From assembly GCA_002633005.1 (NCBI GenBank), contig NMRA01000241.1, positions 56,006 to 120,005 of the forward strand: 64,000 nucleotides of DNA, written 5' to 3'. Positions 1-12,459 of the stretch are shown piece by piece (the first letter of the stretch is position 1; every line of letters begins with the position of its first letter). Origin of the DNA: Phoronis australis (lineage: Eukaryota; Animalia; Phoronida). The position numbers and the translations under genes are program-made. The notes beneath the pieces are model-generated. The model was not told the origin of the DNA. It was given only the letters and a program-made list of their open reading frames with translations, and ran no database searches.

Positions 1-269
1 AATATAGTAACCTTAGGTCTTTTGGGAATTTGTGGCCACCTGTCGAAGACTTGCACCAGGGAAATTAGCAGTAATAAGGCTTAGCGCGACGACGTATTTT
101 GATAAAAATTCCACCTTTTACCATTTGTTTACATGCAGACAGCCACGCATGCGCAATTCAATCACCACTAGTACAGCAGCGACACCGCGAGGAGAATTCT
201 CCGAATAGCCCCGCGCGTTTGCGCTTATTTACTGGACTTTTGTCCCAGTTCCTCGGACATTTTGTCTCT

Positions 270-338
270 CAGGGGCGAACCTTTTTGCCCACTTCGCCAG
301 ATGGGGGCTCATTCGAGCCCCACCCGGGTGCGTGCATG
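270..338. mobile_element. Terminal fragment of a CATGCGC-ended hAT-like MITE
   Basis: Reverse complement of the left end of 12460-12722 (cctttttgcccacttcgcca...gggtgcgtgcatg). Confidence 0.55.
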
Positions 339-543
339 ACGTGGTGCTTACTCGAATGAGTTTCATTTTAGCGACTATTTCCAATTAACAATGTGGCGAG
401 GCTAGGGATTGTCACATCTGTAAGGTAGACGTGTTTCAGTGAACTTCCATGTTTATGGCTTTATTTATACATGACCAAACTTTAAAAAAGAAGCCCGCGT
501 TTAAACCAGGAGCTGCGTTGGGTGCAACTTGTGTAGACGTTTA

Positions 544-697
544 ATGCGGGCACCCAGCCTCTAATTTCGGGGGGCTCGAATCTCTGGCAAAGTGGTCCTT
601 TTGCTAACAAAAAAGCGTGACAACTAAATTAAAAAATGGGGTACTGTGGTGGACTTATGTCTCTTTCTGTCGGACTTTTCCCCTGGGTGCGCGCATG
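544..697. mobile_element. Short CATGCGC-ended hAT-like MITE
   Basis: Ends aatgcgggcacccag ... ctgggtgcgcgcatg; internal ggggggctcgaat shared with 12460-12722. Confidence 0.55.
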
Positions 698-1529
698 CGT
701 TTGTCTGCGTTGCCAGTTTTTATAAAGGTGGGCCTGTCTGTAGCCAACTACAGTAAATTCATAAAAGGTTACGTGCGAGGTTGCGTTCGCAGAACCGATC
801 CAATATTTCGGAAGGACCATACTTAGTATCCGTTACGCACGGGGCCTTTTTGTTACATTAGGAGTAGGATTGGTTCATATTATGTAGAGGTGGTGTAGGA
901 CTTTACAAAACCGGTTGAAGAATTGTTTTTGTCAGAAATGTTCATTTGAAAGGCGTAAGGTTGGAAATACTTTTGAAATAGTAGGAATTAAGGCAGATTA
1001 AAAAAAACATTTGTCTGCTTACAAAAATGTAACATTGAAGCATAAGAACAACCTTCATATCCCTTTGATATCCCTGTTCCATGTTTGCAAAGAAGTTGAA
1101 ACTCGGGTTAGTTGTCGGTATTTTCATAGGCTGCAGCGTAGTTGGCTAAAATGGTTCAGGTTTTGTGCGGCATACAGTCGACATTAATAAATGAGTATGT
1201 AACCTGCTGTTGAATTGTGAGATAGATTTGGACTGGTCCAGGTGGTTATTTCTGAAGTGTTCTATTTATTTGTACACGAATCAGTGTGAATTTGTTGAAA
1301 TCGCTGTTCCAAATCCTGGCCAAATGTGCGAGACCAACCGTCTGATCAGGGCCAGCGAAGAGTAATTTGTTTAATTCGCTCACTAGACTATGGCTGAAGT
1401 TCTTAGTAAGGACAAAAGTTCACGAGTTACTGCCTTTGGAAGAAATTTAGCGGACAATTTTCGTCAAAAAGTTTACCAGATAGTTTTCATCAAAACGGAG
1501 AAAGCAAAAATGGATTTGTGAAGACAGGA

Positions 1530-1907
1530 TTAAGTAGTAGGCCTACCAGTGGCAGAGCCTCTTAAAAAACATTCATCTTCGAAGTGCCTTGAACAAATGT
1601 ACAAAGTCTTATTGGTGAAAAAACCGTCATTCACGTTGACACAAGAAGTTAGCTTTTCTTCCCACAGCCGATTATGGGGTCTTCGGATGGTATGGAAGCT
1701 AATCCTTTTGCATTTCGCGTGTGTGGCCGAACAACCAGCCACACAGCAGCCGACGATGATTAGCAGACGACGTACTTGCCGGAAATGGCACCAGAAAATT
1801 TAGCCAGGTGTCGCCAGTGAATAATGACGTAAGGGCTTATGCGTAAGCTCACAGATTTCGTCCATTGAAAGTATACGGAGTTGGCGGTCCATGTACTATA
1901 GTCTGTG
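1530..1907 (-). mobile_element. DNA transposon relic with a frameshifted THAP domain (possibly P-element type)
   Basis: CCVAGCS...SFH...W...YICSRHFEDECF is the THAP C2CH signature; candidate terminus CACAGACTATAGT at 1907; partner end not found. Confidence 0.6.
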
Positions 1908-3514
1908 GTTACACCACTCAAAAGGCGCAGAGTAATGCTAGAAAATGACGTTTATTAGATTATTCTTCCCGTAACCGAATGGCAACGGGCAAGGTGAGTG
2001 TCCGAATTGTCTGCCAGATTTTGCATGCACCCCGGCCGTCGGTCGTTGGCTCTGCGATATAAGTTTCACGACGAGATGACTGACACAACTCTTACCCGGC
2101 CTGTATGAGATTTAGTCTTTAGTCCATGGTACAGAGCTCAATTCACAGTGTTACCTTGCTGTATTTTGGCGATAGTCTTCAAACAGCTAGCTGGCTGGCT
2201 ACAAAAAATCTGCTGTGTGCACTTCGACGTTTCATGTTACTGTTCCGGCCCAGAGTATAGGAAATCCGGCCCACAAATCCGGAATATTCTGTCTGAATTG
2301 GGTCCTTCCCGTAGGCCTAACGGAGTTCTGATACTGAATTTAAAACGTTCAATTGGTTACAAATTCTTATAATTTGGTATGTTTTCATGTAATGCAGACT
2401 TTATTTCGCGTAGTTTTAATTTATTACAGACACAATGTTGTATTGCCATTAAATTTTCATTTTTTTTAGGTTGACCGAGTCAAAATGGCGGCGATTAGGC
2501 TACGGGTTGCAGCATTTCAAAGAGACTTATTTTTCAAAATTGAGATTCTAATATAAAGTTTTCAATGAATTTGATTATAATTGCGTTGTACGAAAAGATT
2601 GGGTTCAAAAAGACGTGAACGCAAAGTTACTAACATTAAAGTTTTTGTATCAAGCAAATTACTCTTTATAATAAACATTGTGAAATTGCTGATAACAATT
2701 CAGACGAAGCGTTTTGTTTTTTTGGCTGTTCCAGCGGCCCCTGTCACACTCCCGGGGATTCCCATACAAGCCCGTATCAGAATATGTGCTAAATAATTGT
2801 TTAAAAAATTCTAAAGGCAATGATCAATTTTAATATTAAAATAAAAAATTAATGTTTTTCCTTGATTTTCCATTTATTTTGCACTAAATTAAATGGCCAG
2901 TCATCGCTGATTTCAATACTGTGGAGACACGGTGAAAGCCAAATTCGTGGTAACAATGATGTCATAGACTTCGATTGGCGCGGGCGCCGTCTCAATGTTT
3001 TTGGCGCTAAATGGGGTTCGTGATGGGGCTACTGTATTGTTGAAGGCCTACTTAATTAACGACTGGGGTATCCTATGACACAGTATTTTGATGTTTTTCA
3101 TCAATAAATGTACTTTAAATGTAGTAATAGTCATTTTGACACCATACTTGACCTTTAAGGTTGCAACAGGTAATTAGGATGTTTTAACGAGTGTCTTATT
3201 TTGTACTGGGAATATGGTGAAAAACAATAAATTTGCCCTGAAATGTGTGGGTATTGTTTTTCTTCTGGTTGTTGTTGCCGTTAATGTTGTTTTTGTGTTT
3301 GTTGTTTTTATAATGTCTAAGATTGATTTTAAAACAATGTGGAAACATGCGTTAGCTGAGAACATAATTATACACTTGTTAGGTCTATCTTGCGCTCTAT
3401 TCCATCTCATTGTGTGCAAAGAGTGTTAGTCGTATCTATGGTTAAAGCAATAGCCTAAACTGTGAATTCTTATTTTGGCATTCTTCAGCTGGCCAGTTAA
3501 GAGGCTTCATCGGT

Positions 3515-3796
3515 TCACAATGCATGTAAACTTTTCAAAGGTCTTCCGGGCAGCGGCACAAACCAGGCATGTTCATGAATACAGCTGAACTGAAACGCAG
3601 TGCACTCATTCGGGTGTAAGTAACTGTCGTACGCCAACATCATCATAGGACCAAAAGTGATCGCTATGCCGCTCAGATAGATTGCTATGGCAACGAGGCA
3701 CAAAAGCATGGTCCAAAGTTCGACTCGTCGCGTTGATTTTTGTATCTTATAAAATTCTTCCATTGCAACTGCTACATCAGTTAAAGCGTCAGAAGG
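3515..3796 (-). CDS. MSP-domain gene last coding exon (transmembrane helix plus C-terminal tail)
   Basis: Strong polypyrimidine acceptor ttctttctctatttcattttacag|CCT; lies within ORF 3515..3826; TGA stop at 3517-3515. Confidence 0.82.
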   Translation of the reverse strand, partial: PSDALTDVAVAMEEFYKIQKSTRRVELWTMLLCLVAIAIYLSGIAITFGPMMMLAYDSYLHPNECTAFQFSCIHEHAWFVPLPGRPLKSLHAL

Positions 3797-4682
3797 CTGT
3801 AAAATGAAATAGAGAAAGAATGACATGCGAATTTCAAATGCAGTATCTTGCAGAAAGTTAACATTTCACAGTGTATGAAAGTAATGTACAAAAACTGCTC
3901 GAGGCAAGCATTAATTTTTGCATGAAATATATAATATTATAAGTAAAGTTCAGTTTAATCAACATGTGGTTCTTGTTTACCGCACTAAATTGGCACTGTC
4001 GAAACTATGCCCCAACTGAAGTGAAGGCACACGGCTTCTCCGTGTGAGATAAACATGCAAAATCTCAGCGGAGATGGGACAAAAGAGTATGTTACCATTT
4101 CTCGGCCGAAAATTGAATGAGAAATTATGTCTTTACTAAAGTAGTCATTATCTGTGCAGTTAAAGCAGTATTTCACCCTCTTTAGTTGTTAAAAAAACGA
4201 AAATCGAATTGGGCCGTTTGCTCTCTAACAATCGGTCTCAAAAACAAGTTGGTGAAAGTTTATTTCGTGATTTCAATGTTTAGATAGTTACAGCTTATTT
4301 AAAGCTAAAGCCATCTTTCCAACCACCCAGTTATGACTTACGTTTTTAACTATTTTTTTCTTAAAAGTTTGACTCCATACAGTCAGCGATTTATTAGCAA
4401 AATTTGTCAACAAACGCGACAATTACACTGTCTGGTCATTCTTTATAAGCACCGATCAGTGGCTCTGAGAGAATGCCCGTAGTGATTTGGTCTCATATCT
4501 TTTCAGCTCCAGTCGTAGAACGACTTTCGAAGACGTATCAAGACATGTTTTTGGGTGTTAAGATCATGTTACAGTATTTTACGAAAAGAAGTTACATTAA
4601 GTTTAAATGAAAAGTTTAGGCAATAAAAACTGATGTGTTTTCGTAACTTTCGAAAAATTACTCATAATTGTTTAGCTAAGCG

Positions 4683-4723
<41 letters not shown>

Positions 4724-7700
4724 CAAGTATATTGCTCTGTAACTAAGTCGCAATTTTCGTCTGATCATCACGAAATTTACACATAACACGTAGTCTCTGA
4801 AGTCCTGGAAGCCTATTGTTTTTCGTCATAATCGGATCCAAGATGGCGGATATGGCGGCCATTTTGTTTTCATTTTAAGATTCAAATGCTCCTGGAGGCT
4901 ATAATTTTGTACGTACAGAGAGAATGGGGACAATTATTGAAGAGGGCGCGTGCTACATTTGTACCGGAAATTGTTAACATCCGGTTAAAGATGGCGAAAA
5001 ATTTACGGAATTGTGTGATTATATCAATTTAGATGGAGTTTTGAACGGGATTTCAGAAGATACTTTTCATTTTGCACTACGACGTCTACTTTTCGAATTA
5101 TTAGAGATTTTCTGATAGCGCTGTTCCTTTGTTGAGCGCTCTTGCTGCATTGATGTTGGTTAAACTTCAATTGAACAAGACTGTAGCCTATTTGTTACTG
5201 ATTTATGACATCTAAGTTCGTCATATGAATGTCATGATGTTTGTTCATCATCGCCCCCACCATCATCATATTCGTCATCTTCGTCATCATCTTCGTCATC
5301 ATCTCCGTCGTTGTCTTTTCAGTTAATTTCGCCAAGTGTCGCTCAAGACTGTAGCCTATTTCTTACTGATTTCGGACTTCTACGTTCGTCATGTGTATGT
5401 TATTATTACTTCTATTGTTCATCCTCGCCCCCATCGTCGTCATATTCGTCATCTTCGTCATCATCTTTATCGTCATCTTTTTGGTAAATTTTGCCAAGTG
5501 TCACTCCTCGGAGCGCTTTCATTTGTATGTTAAGTACTTTACAACTTGCGTAAAGCTCTGGTTACGACTACAAGAAATGCCACAGTAAAGATATCCCAGA
5601 AAATGCTATAACATGTTAAAGTCATTAGACGACACTGGTAGATAACCTGGGCCACTTGTATCAAACATTTATTACTGGGTCATGCTTTTGGCTTTGCTTG
5701 GGCACATCAAAGTGTTGGCAATACTGGTGCCTTTTTGAAAATATATACTCAGAGAGTTAAAGGCTACGCCTTCCAAGAATGGGATTGTAAAGTAAGAAAT
5801 AGCAGTAAACTTGTAGTTTTTGCTGAGTTGCATAAGACCTTAAATGTTGCTCCATATTTGAAGGTTATAAAATGTGGTGAGATTCGCAAGTATATAACTA
5901 AAATACGTTGCTCGTCTCATACTCTTAAAATCGAGGTGGCGCGAAGAAGAGTAGATAGAGAATTAAGGCTGCGCAAATATTGCGAGAAATTTAATTTGTA
6001 TGAAATTGAAGACGACTTTCACTTTTTAACAAGATGCTTTCTGTATGATCACTTGAGGATCCAATTTATTGCACAATTATGACAATGCGATATTACATTC
6101 GTTTAAGTTACATGAATAACGTTTCAAGTGCCTTCTTGGTTAATCTGTCAAAATTCTTTTCTCATAAGAACTAGCGTTTAAATGCTTCAGTATTTTTATT
6201 CCTATTCTATTTTTTCATATATCAGTGTGTTTCTGTATATATAGTTGACGTGTACTATGGACCAGTGGCCTTTTATGCACAAAGAATAAAAGGTTATATA
6301 ACAACCGTAAAAATGCGACGGTTCCAATGTCTCTTGTTTAAGGTAACATACACTACGTGCATCAGAATCACAAAATTTTACTTTCTGAAGAAAAAAGTTA
6401 ACTTTATTTCTAAACTTTTATGGAAAGTCCTACACTGCAACCAATGTGACGAGCTATCCACAGTACATTACAAATCTACGTGATAGATGTTTGCCAATTT
6501 TTCATCTATTAGAAAACCTCTATCTGCAAATTTCGGATAGATGCTTGGAGTAGTTTATCTCATTTTTCGCAAATGTCACTGCATTCTGAATTTTTACTGA
6601 AGAATGTAATTGTATCAAACGGCACCAAAGGTCCAATTAATTATAGTATATAAAGATGTATAATTTTGAATGAATGCCTGACTAAATTATACACAGCAAG
6701 TGTGAGGGATGCATAATCTTTTGAATCACTGATATCATTTCCATGACGGCTTAATTAGACAATTATATAACCTCTCTGGTTCTTTCCATTTTTTATGTTA
6801 ATATTACACGCAATTATTTTTCTCATTTTGATAACACTCTTGAATTTAGATTTAAAATATGCTTTTAACCAGTCATGTATGCGAAATGATAATTACTAAT
6901 CAATTAAATTATCTTTTGTTTCTGGAATAATCAAAGAACTGGCAAAGGTCTCTTCTAATGATATGGATCTCATGCAATTCGGTTGCGAAAAGTTTTAATG
7001 ACAGTAAATTCCACTCACACCGGAACAAACGAATGCAAACAACGCTCACGCATGTGCGGCGCAACCTCAGCGGCCACGAGATCGAAGTTGGTATTCCAGG
7101 GCTAGGATTCTATGGTTTCAAGTATATTTCTTGGTTTACTGATTTTCTAATGTCGGCGTTAGTAAATGTTTTTATTTTAATTCTGAGTACCTCACATTTC
7201 AGCGTCTTATCTACACAACAAGTTACACCCTTAAGTTTTTATGTTTCATTTTGATGTGTTTTCTATGTAAGAAAACAAAGAGGTGTGGTTGAGCTATTTT
7301 GGTTATTTTTGCTCAAACAACGTCATAAGAATGCCTAACTGGACACTCTCAAACGCGCACTAATTTCAAACCCACGCTGCATTTCACTACATGGTTATTC
7401 AATGTCGTTGAAAACGACTCAGTGACAGATTTTATGTCAAACTCTTTTAACCTCCCCAATGGTAAGAAGATTTCTAGAATTTATATCAATTCTTTTTGTA
7501 AATTCCCAGTGGAGGTACACCCACATTCTCTTGATCATTTGGAAATTATGATTAAAAAACAGAATGTGACCTTATTTTTGGTAGTATGTATGGAACGGTT
7601 TTTTTCACATATTTGTAGCATATGTATTACCTCAGACTTGACCATGGAGCAATCGTCACCTTCTCCCATTTTGTGAGCCGAGAAACTTTCTAGAGGAGCT

Positions 7701-10700
7701 ACGGTACCCCCAGTGACATCGTACTCGTGGCGAGCATCAACGATGTTGAAGGTTGCATGAGAGTCAGACTGGGCGAACGGGTCTGCGTTACCTTCTCCAC
7801 GGTCTAGGTTGTCAGAAGCAGCGGCGAGGGCCTCTGTTTCCAAGTCCTCGGATATTTGTTGAGGTTGTCTTGGACATTCTTGGTTTTCATGGACGCAAGA
7901 CAATCTTTTGAAAATAATGTAATTTTAAACGTTTTGACTACTTCTGCAAACTGTCATTTTCTATTGTATTCACAATCACTAGAAATTTAGCGCTGGTGTA
8001 TTTGCAAGTTTCAACTATCCTGTTCCATTAATTCCAAGATTAAGAGAGGATTATTCTCAACCATTCCATAGATTGTTGTGTAAGAGCACAGCGGGAAATA
8101 TTTTTCGAAGATAAATTCACTAGATTTGACGGATATCAAAATGTATACTAGCAAAACTTCTCAAAATTGCATATATCATACAGCGAGGTCAACCATACAT
8201 TTGCGTAAAACATTCATCGTTGGAAACATCCGCGAAATTCACTGTTGTTGCCGAGCTATCCGTGTAGGCTGCTAGTAATAGAAGGGTATCACCCTCACAC
8301 TGGCTTTGATGTTCTGCAAGTGAAATATTTTTAAATTGATTTCCTTAACAATAGACCACGTACGGTCAAAGATACACACAAATTTGGCAAAAACATGACG
8401 CATACGATTTCCTGTATGATTATCTAGTGCCCTGTTAGTTGTAGAGTTCAAACCTGCAGACCGCCGTTTCTTTCCTAAAGGTTTATTTACGGTAGAACCT
8501 AAGTGGTTTTGACACGCATAGGTTCAGGTATCGGAATACCTAAGCCTAAAAAAGCTATAATACATATAACTACTTTCAAAGAAGCGTGGAACGCGAAAGT
8601 GCCTCAAAAATAACTTTTAAATAATTCTTGATTAAAGTACCAAATCGTAACATTTGTTACAAAGTTATTCACTTTCGGTTGTGAGGAAATTTCCAGCAAA
8701 AAAATCACAGAATTCACGATCGTGAAGGAAAAACTCCGTACTCCCCACAGAGTTGAATACTACGATGATACATTTATAATTAATTTTAAACAGATAGGAC
8801 TTAACCAATTCAAGGTACATAAACTACACGGTTACCGGACTCATAAACACGGTCACGGACGCATGAGCACGACTCACGTACCTGCAAACACAGTTTACGG
8901 ACAAAATATAGGTGTCAATATAGGTGTCAGCTGACCCAGGTAGACGATGAGTCCGTGACCCATGTTTGGCGGTCCGTTAACCGTGTTTTTTTCGTGAATG
9001 TGAGTCCGTGTCCCGTGTATTTGGGTGAATGGATCGTGTTTCGTGAGTCCGTTCCCGTGTTTGTGAGTCAGTGAACGGTGTTTGCAGGTACATGAGTCGT
9101 GTTCATGCGTTCGTGACCGTGTTTATGAGCTAGTCCGTTAACCGTGTAGTTTAGGTACCTGCCTCTGAAGCCCCGCTTATATGCAACACTTTTATTCACG
9201 TAAATATACAGGTTATCCCACATACATAGGAATTCTACTGCCATATCCTATCGCCAATTCACTTCATCTGGGAATGTCTCAACGAGACCAAAGGTCTAAT
9301 GAGAAAGGGATTTCCGGACTTAAATCTGACAACTCGTTATCCCACCATTCTCAGCACGTATGAATGACACCGCTGTGACAAGCCAATTCGTAGAGTCTGA
9401 TTTCAACCAATGGCAGACAGTCAGGTCTTAGTGGTTTGATTTTTGTGCTGAAACACGGGTTTATTGCCCCTTTAGTCACACGGAAACTTGCCATGCGGGT
9501 TTCTTGGAGACACCTTTAATGATAATTGTTCTAATACCTGGAAAGAAGATGTTGATGTCCCTCTTACCTGGTACACAGTACAGAGAGATGGAAACGTCTT
9601 CGCCTGGTCTGAGAATGCCTTTACCGTGCAACAGTCTGTAAGACGTCACGTAGTTCTTCGCTGGCTTCAGCTGAAACAGTGAATCAAACTTTTCATTCTC
9701 TCAATGATCAAAAGTATTGCATTTTTGTTGTAAAATTCGTGGCAGTAAAAGATCGAATGTACTGGGTTTTAAGTTTGATTTAGCCTATGTATCTACGTAG
9801 CGTATTGGGTCCTGTTAACGAGTGTAAGAGCCTGTTACACTGTTATTCTTTTGTGTTAGATGAAGGGGTCCCACCACTGACTTCTTAAAGATATGATTCT
9901 TTCCTTTACACTCATTGATAACACAGGATGAGCTTCGTCAGTCGAATGATATCACTAAAACATAAACATTTCGTAACTTTCAGCCGTGCTTGGATTTACC
10001 TTATTTTACCGCGTAAACCTCTTCACATGTGGCGGCAATTGAGTCAGTAATGCATGAATCAGCAGTTACTCACTAAGGCAATCTTTTTAGGTGGTGATAG
10101 ATCACCAAAAATAGATACTGAACTAAAATCTCATATTGGATTCAGTTAGGTTTGAAAATATTTGGAGTTGTATTGAATGAGCATTAATGGAACTAACTTG
10201 CACCAAAACCCGTTTTATGAAATTTTTGACTAAAATGATCGAAGTGGAAAGAATATTTTTAAGCACGAAGTGTCGCGACAGCTCTAACAAGGTATACCGT
10301 GGGCGTTTATCCTTCTCATGCCTGAAAGGTCACATGCTGAAAGAGTAAGACGGCATCGATAAAATCGTCGCTGATCTAACATTGCATGATGGTACCGCCG
10401 TCATATCCACGCACACTGGAGCAACACTAGTACACACCACGTCACCAGCCCATGTTAGAGTGTATTATAACCAACGAAATTTAGACATTCATCGGTGGGC
10501 ATGAAGAATGGTTGAAGGCCAGCAAACACAAGTGCAAGAACTCGAAAATATCTGAAGGTCTTAGCAAGATTTAGAAGCTCATATCAAAACTTACAAATAG
10601 AAAGAGGAAGACATTTGAAAATTGCAGTGAGAATAGATTACGTACTGTTTGTGACCTACACAATGCAGAAGAAGACTACATTTTAATTGAGTGTCCACTT

Positions 10701-12008
10701 TATGACGATTTATAACAGCTTTCAAGACAGTAAGCATACACTGTCAAATTACCTTGGAAAATGTCATATATTGAAGCATGCTAATTTAAATTTAGTTAAG
10801 TATTTGTTGCAGCTGTTAACAGAAGAGATAGGTGTAAATACGTAAAGGGTTTTTGAATGTACTGTATAATTTCGTGCATTGGCTGTTGGAGGTCTCTTGC
10901 ACGACATAGAAATATAGCTTACTCTAAAAGTTAATACCATCTAAATTCGTCAACCTGTAGCAGAAGTCGTAATCTGTTACAGTGGTACGAGGCTGCACTA
11001 TATTGCATGCTAAAATGGAGTTCCTTCACTGGTAGACCTATAGGTGTCGCTAGCTGCCTACCTTGTACATGACCCATTTTTCGCTTGGATTTTGCAGCTT
11101 TACTTGACACTGCCCCTCACCGTTTGGTTCGAAGCGGACAAACGTTAACTGTCCGTCGCCGCTGTCGGATAAGAAATAAACCAATAGCACTTGATACCGT
11201 ATTAAATTATTACGCAAAACGTTATTAAAAGAACTGAACGCTGAAATACAAAATCCAACAGAACTCCCTGTACTGTATATTTTCTGTCCCGTGGAATGTA
11301 GTTAAAAATACAACTTTATACTTCAAATAAGCTTGTTAAAACTCTGGCGCTCAATAACAATGTAATTATCTTTGCTTAGAACAAACAGCCCATACCTGTA
11401 TAAAAAATCCGGGATTCCGATATTCTACAAGATTGGAAAGTTAATTAATTAAGCTAAAATTGATTGCTTTGTAAGAAAATCACACAAAACTGAAAGAAAT
11501 ACAAGTGACATCTGTATGTAAAACACCTATACGGACACCAACGGATAAAAATTTATTGATTTCGTGTTATTTACTGTTGTCATTCGAAATTCTTTTCGCT
11601 TTGGACCTCATTCGTATTTACTCACCATGATTAGTCCCCAAGTTATATTCTACATGGATGCCCAGTATACTATAAGTAATTAAGTCCATGCGCCTATATT
11701 TGAAACAATGAAAGAATTTTTTTTTGTTAACGAATTTATATCAAGTTTCACCCATATAATATTTTAGAAGCGTGTTCCTCGGTTTTTGACTATTCAAATG
11801 TTTCACAGACAGGCGCATGGGGCTAATCATGATTACGGATCATACTCTGGGTGCAGATTCAGGTATAAGCACGTGCGTCTAATACATGCATACAAAAGTA
11901 TAAGTTGAATTGAAGGTCGGCCAATCTTCTGCAATCCCCATGCCTCAGGCCTACACTGTGCCTTAGCGTCTTAAGCTACAACGATGCCGCGTGTCTCACC
12001 TCAGCCAT
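3515..12008 (-). CDS. Seven-exon gene for a divergent MSP (major sperm protein)-domain membrane protein, VAP/MOSPD-like, 303 aa
   Basis: Manually spliced exons 12008-12000, 11424-11396, 11161-11062, 9670-9568, 8313-8199, 7904-7631, 3796-3515 (912 nt). All introns are GT-AG with matching phases 0,2,0,1,2,0. Protein: MAENIGIPDFLYSGDGQLTFVRFEPNGEGQCQVKLQNPSEKWVMYKLKPAKNYVTSYRLLHGKGILRPGEDVSISLYCVPEHQSQCEGDTLLLLAAY... This fits the MSP pattern (L.F...lkL.Nps...v.fKvK...Y....G.l.Pge.v.i); hydrophobic helix LWTMLLCLVAIAIYLSGIAITF near the C-terminus. Confidence 0.85.
4685..5160 (+). mobile_element. DINE-1/HINE-like (Helentron-related) non-autonomous element with (GT)n tract
   Basis: (TG)n at about 4687-4722 followed by the core-like gatcatcacgaaatttacaca; boundaries approximate. 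Confidence 0.4.
5178..5500. repeat. Two-copy ~167-bp duplication with (CAT/CGT/CTT)n low-complexity tracts
   Basis: agactgtagcctattt...gccaagtgtc occurs twice. Confidence 0.7.
5640..6300 (+). mobile_element. Non-LTR retrotransposon (LINE) ORF2 3' end relic
   Basis: ORF 5735..6082 has RCSSHTLKIE...R..R..CE....IEDDFHFLTRC..Y..LR, the common LINE C-terminal motif; AATAAA at about 6286. Confidence 0.8.
7631..7904 (-). CDS. MSP-domain gene exon 6 (acidic linker)
   Basis: Lies within ORF 7535..7903; ttattttcaaaag| ... GAG|gtaata; phase 2 to 0. Confidence 0.82.
8199..8313 (-). CDS. MSP-domain gene exon 5 (EHQSQCEGDTLLLLAAYTDSSATTVNFADVSNDECFTQ)
   Basis: ttcacttgcag| ... AT|gtatgg; open frame, phase 1 to 2. 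Confidence 0.82.
8813..9160. mobile_element. MITE with ~90-bp terminal inverted repeats, in intron 4 of the MSP gene
   Basis: aggtacataaactacacggttaccggac...cctgcaaacac mirrored by gtgtttgcagg...gtccgttaaccgtgtagtttaggtacct. Confidence 0.8.
9568..9670 (-). CDS. MSP-domain gene exon 4 (LKPAKNYVTSYRLLHGKGILRPGEDVSISLYCVP)
   Basis: tgtttcag| ... CAG|gtaaga; contains the MSP G-I-L-x-P-G-E motif. Confidence 0.88.
10520..10920 (+). mobile_element. Decayed LINE ORF2 3' end
   Basis: Fragments LARFRSSYQNLQIERGR and EEDY...IECPLYDD, same motif class as 5735..6082, with frameshifts. Confidence 0.65.
11062..11161 (-). CDS. MSP-domain gene exon 3 (GDGQLTFVRFEPNGEGQCQVKLQNPSEKWVMYK)
   Basis: ttatttcttatccgacag| ... 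AAG|gtaggc; MSP N-terminal strands. Confidence 0.85.
11396..11424 (-). CDS. MSP-domain gene exon 2 (NIGIPDFLY-S)
   Basis: ttccaatcttgtag|AATATC...TACAG|gtatgg; 29 nt, phase 0 to 2, bridges exons 1 and 3. Confidence 0.65.
12000..12008 (-). CDS. MSP-domain gene coding exon 1 (MAE)
   Basis: gtcATGGCTGAG|gtgaga: good start context, phase-0 donor compatible with next exon. Confidence 0.6.
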
Positions 12009-12089
12009 GACAATCCTCTCAAACGCACCAATTCAGCAAGAAAAATGCATCTTGGTTGGCGACTTATGTTTCGAGTTTTCTTTCAATTA

Positions 12090-12097
12090 TGACGTCA
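12090..12097. promoter_or_regulatory. Full CRE palindrome TGACGTCA about 80 bp upstream of the MSP gene start codon
   Basis: Exact 8-mer in the expected proximal promoter position; function inferred only. Confidence 0.4.
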
Positions 12098-12459
12098 CAG
12101 TCATTCGTCACAATTTCGCGTTTTTTCGTATTTTTTATGTTTCATGTTGTAAACATACAAAGCACTCTATTACTGACAGTCTCGAATAATAACAAAAACG
12201 AAAAAAACTTGACGAGCCTAGCTAACAACATCCACTTGGAGCGCGCAGTATCTCCACAAACTTGCTTTTTGAACTTTTGATATCATTCTGAAACCCTAGG
12301 GCGTATATTTGGAAATAACATGTTTTTATGGCTGGTACCCTAGGTATAAGCCCGGGCGTACTTTTAGGAACAGAGGGTTTATTAACGGCAAATCGGACTG
12401 AGGGACATCTACATAAAAGGAGGACCAAGAAGTGTAGTTCAAAGAGATTATATAAAACT

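Noticed and set aside
3214-3429. Hydrophobic plus-strand ORF
   Set aside because: Comes from a (GTT)n/T-rich tract downstream of the MSP gene stop, on the opposite strand
5336-5588. Hydrophobic and His/Arg-rich ORFs resembling a membrane peptide
   Set aside because: Artefact of (CAT/CGT/CTT)n low-complexity repeats
11620-11700. ATG|GTGAGT donor as MSP exon 1
   Set aside because: Lies in a small inverted-repeat element (about 11625-11835); the MAE exon at 12000-12008 has better context, though alternative use cannot be excluded
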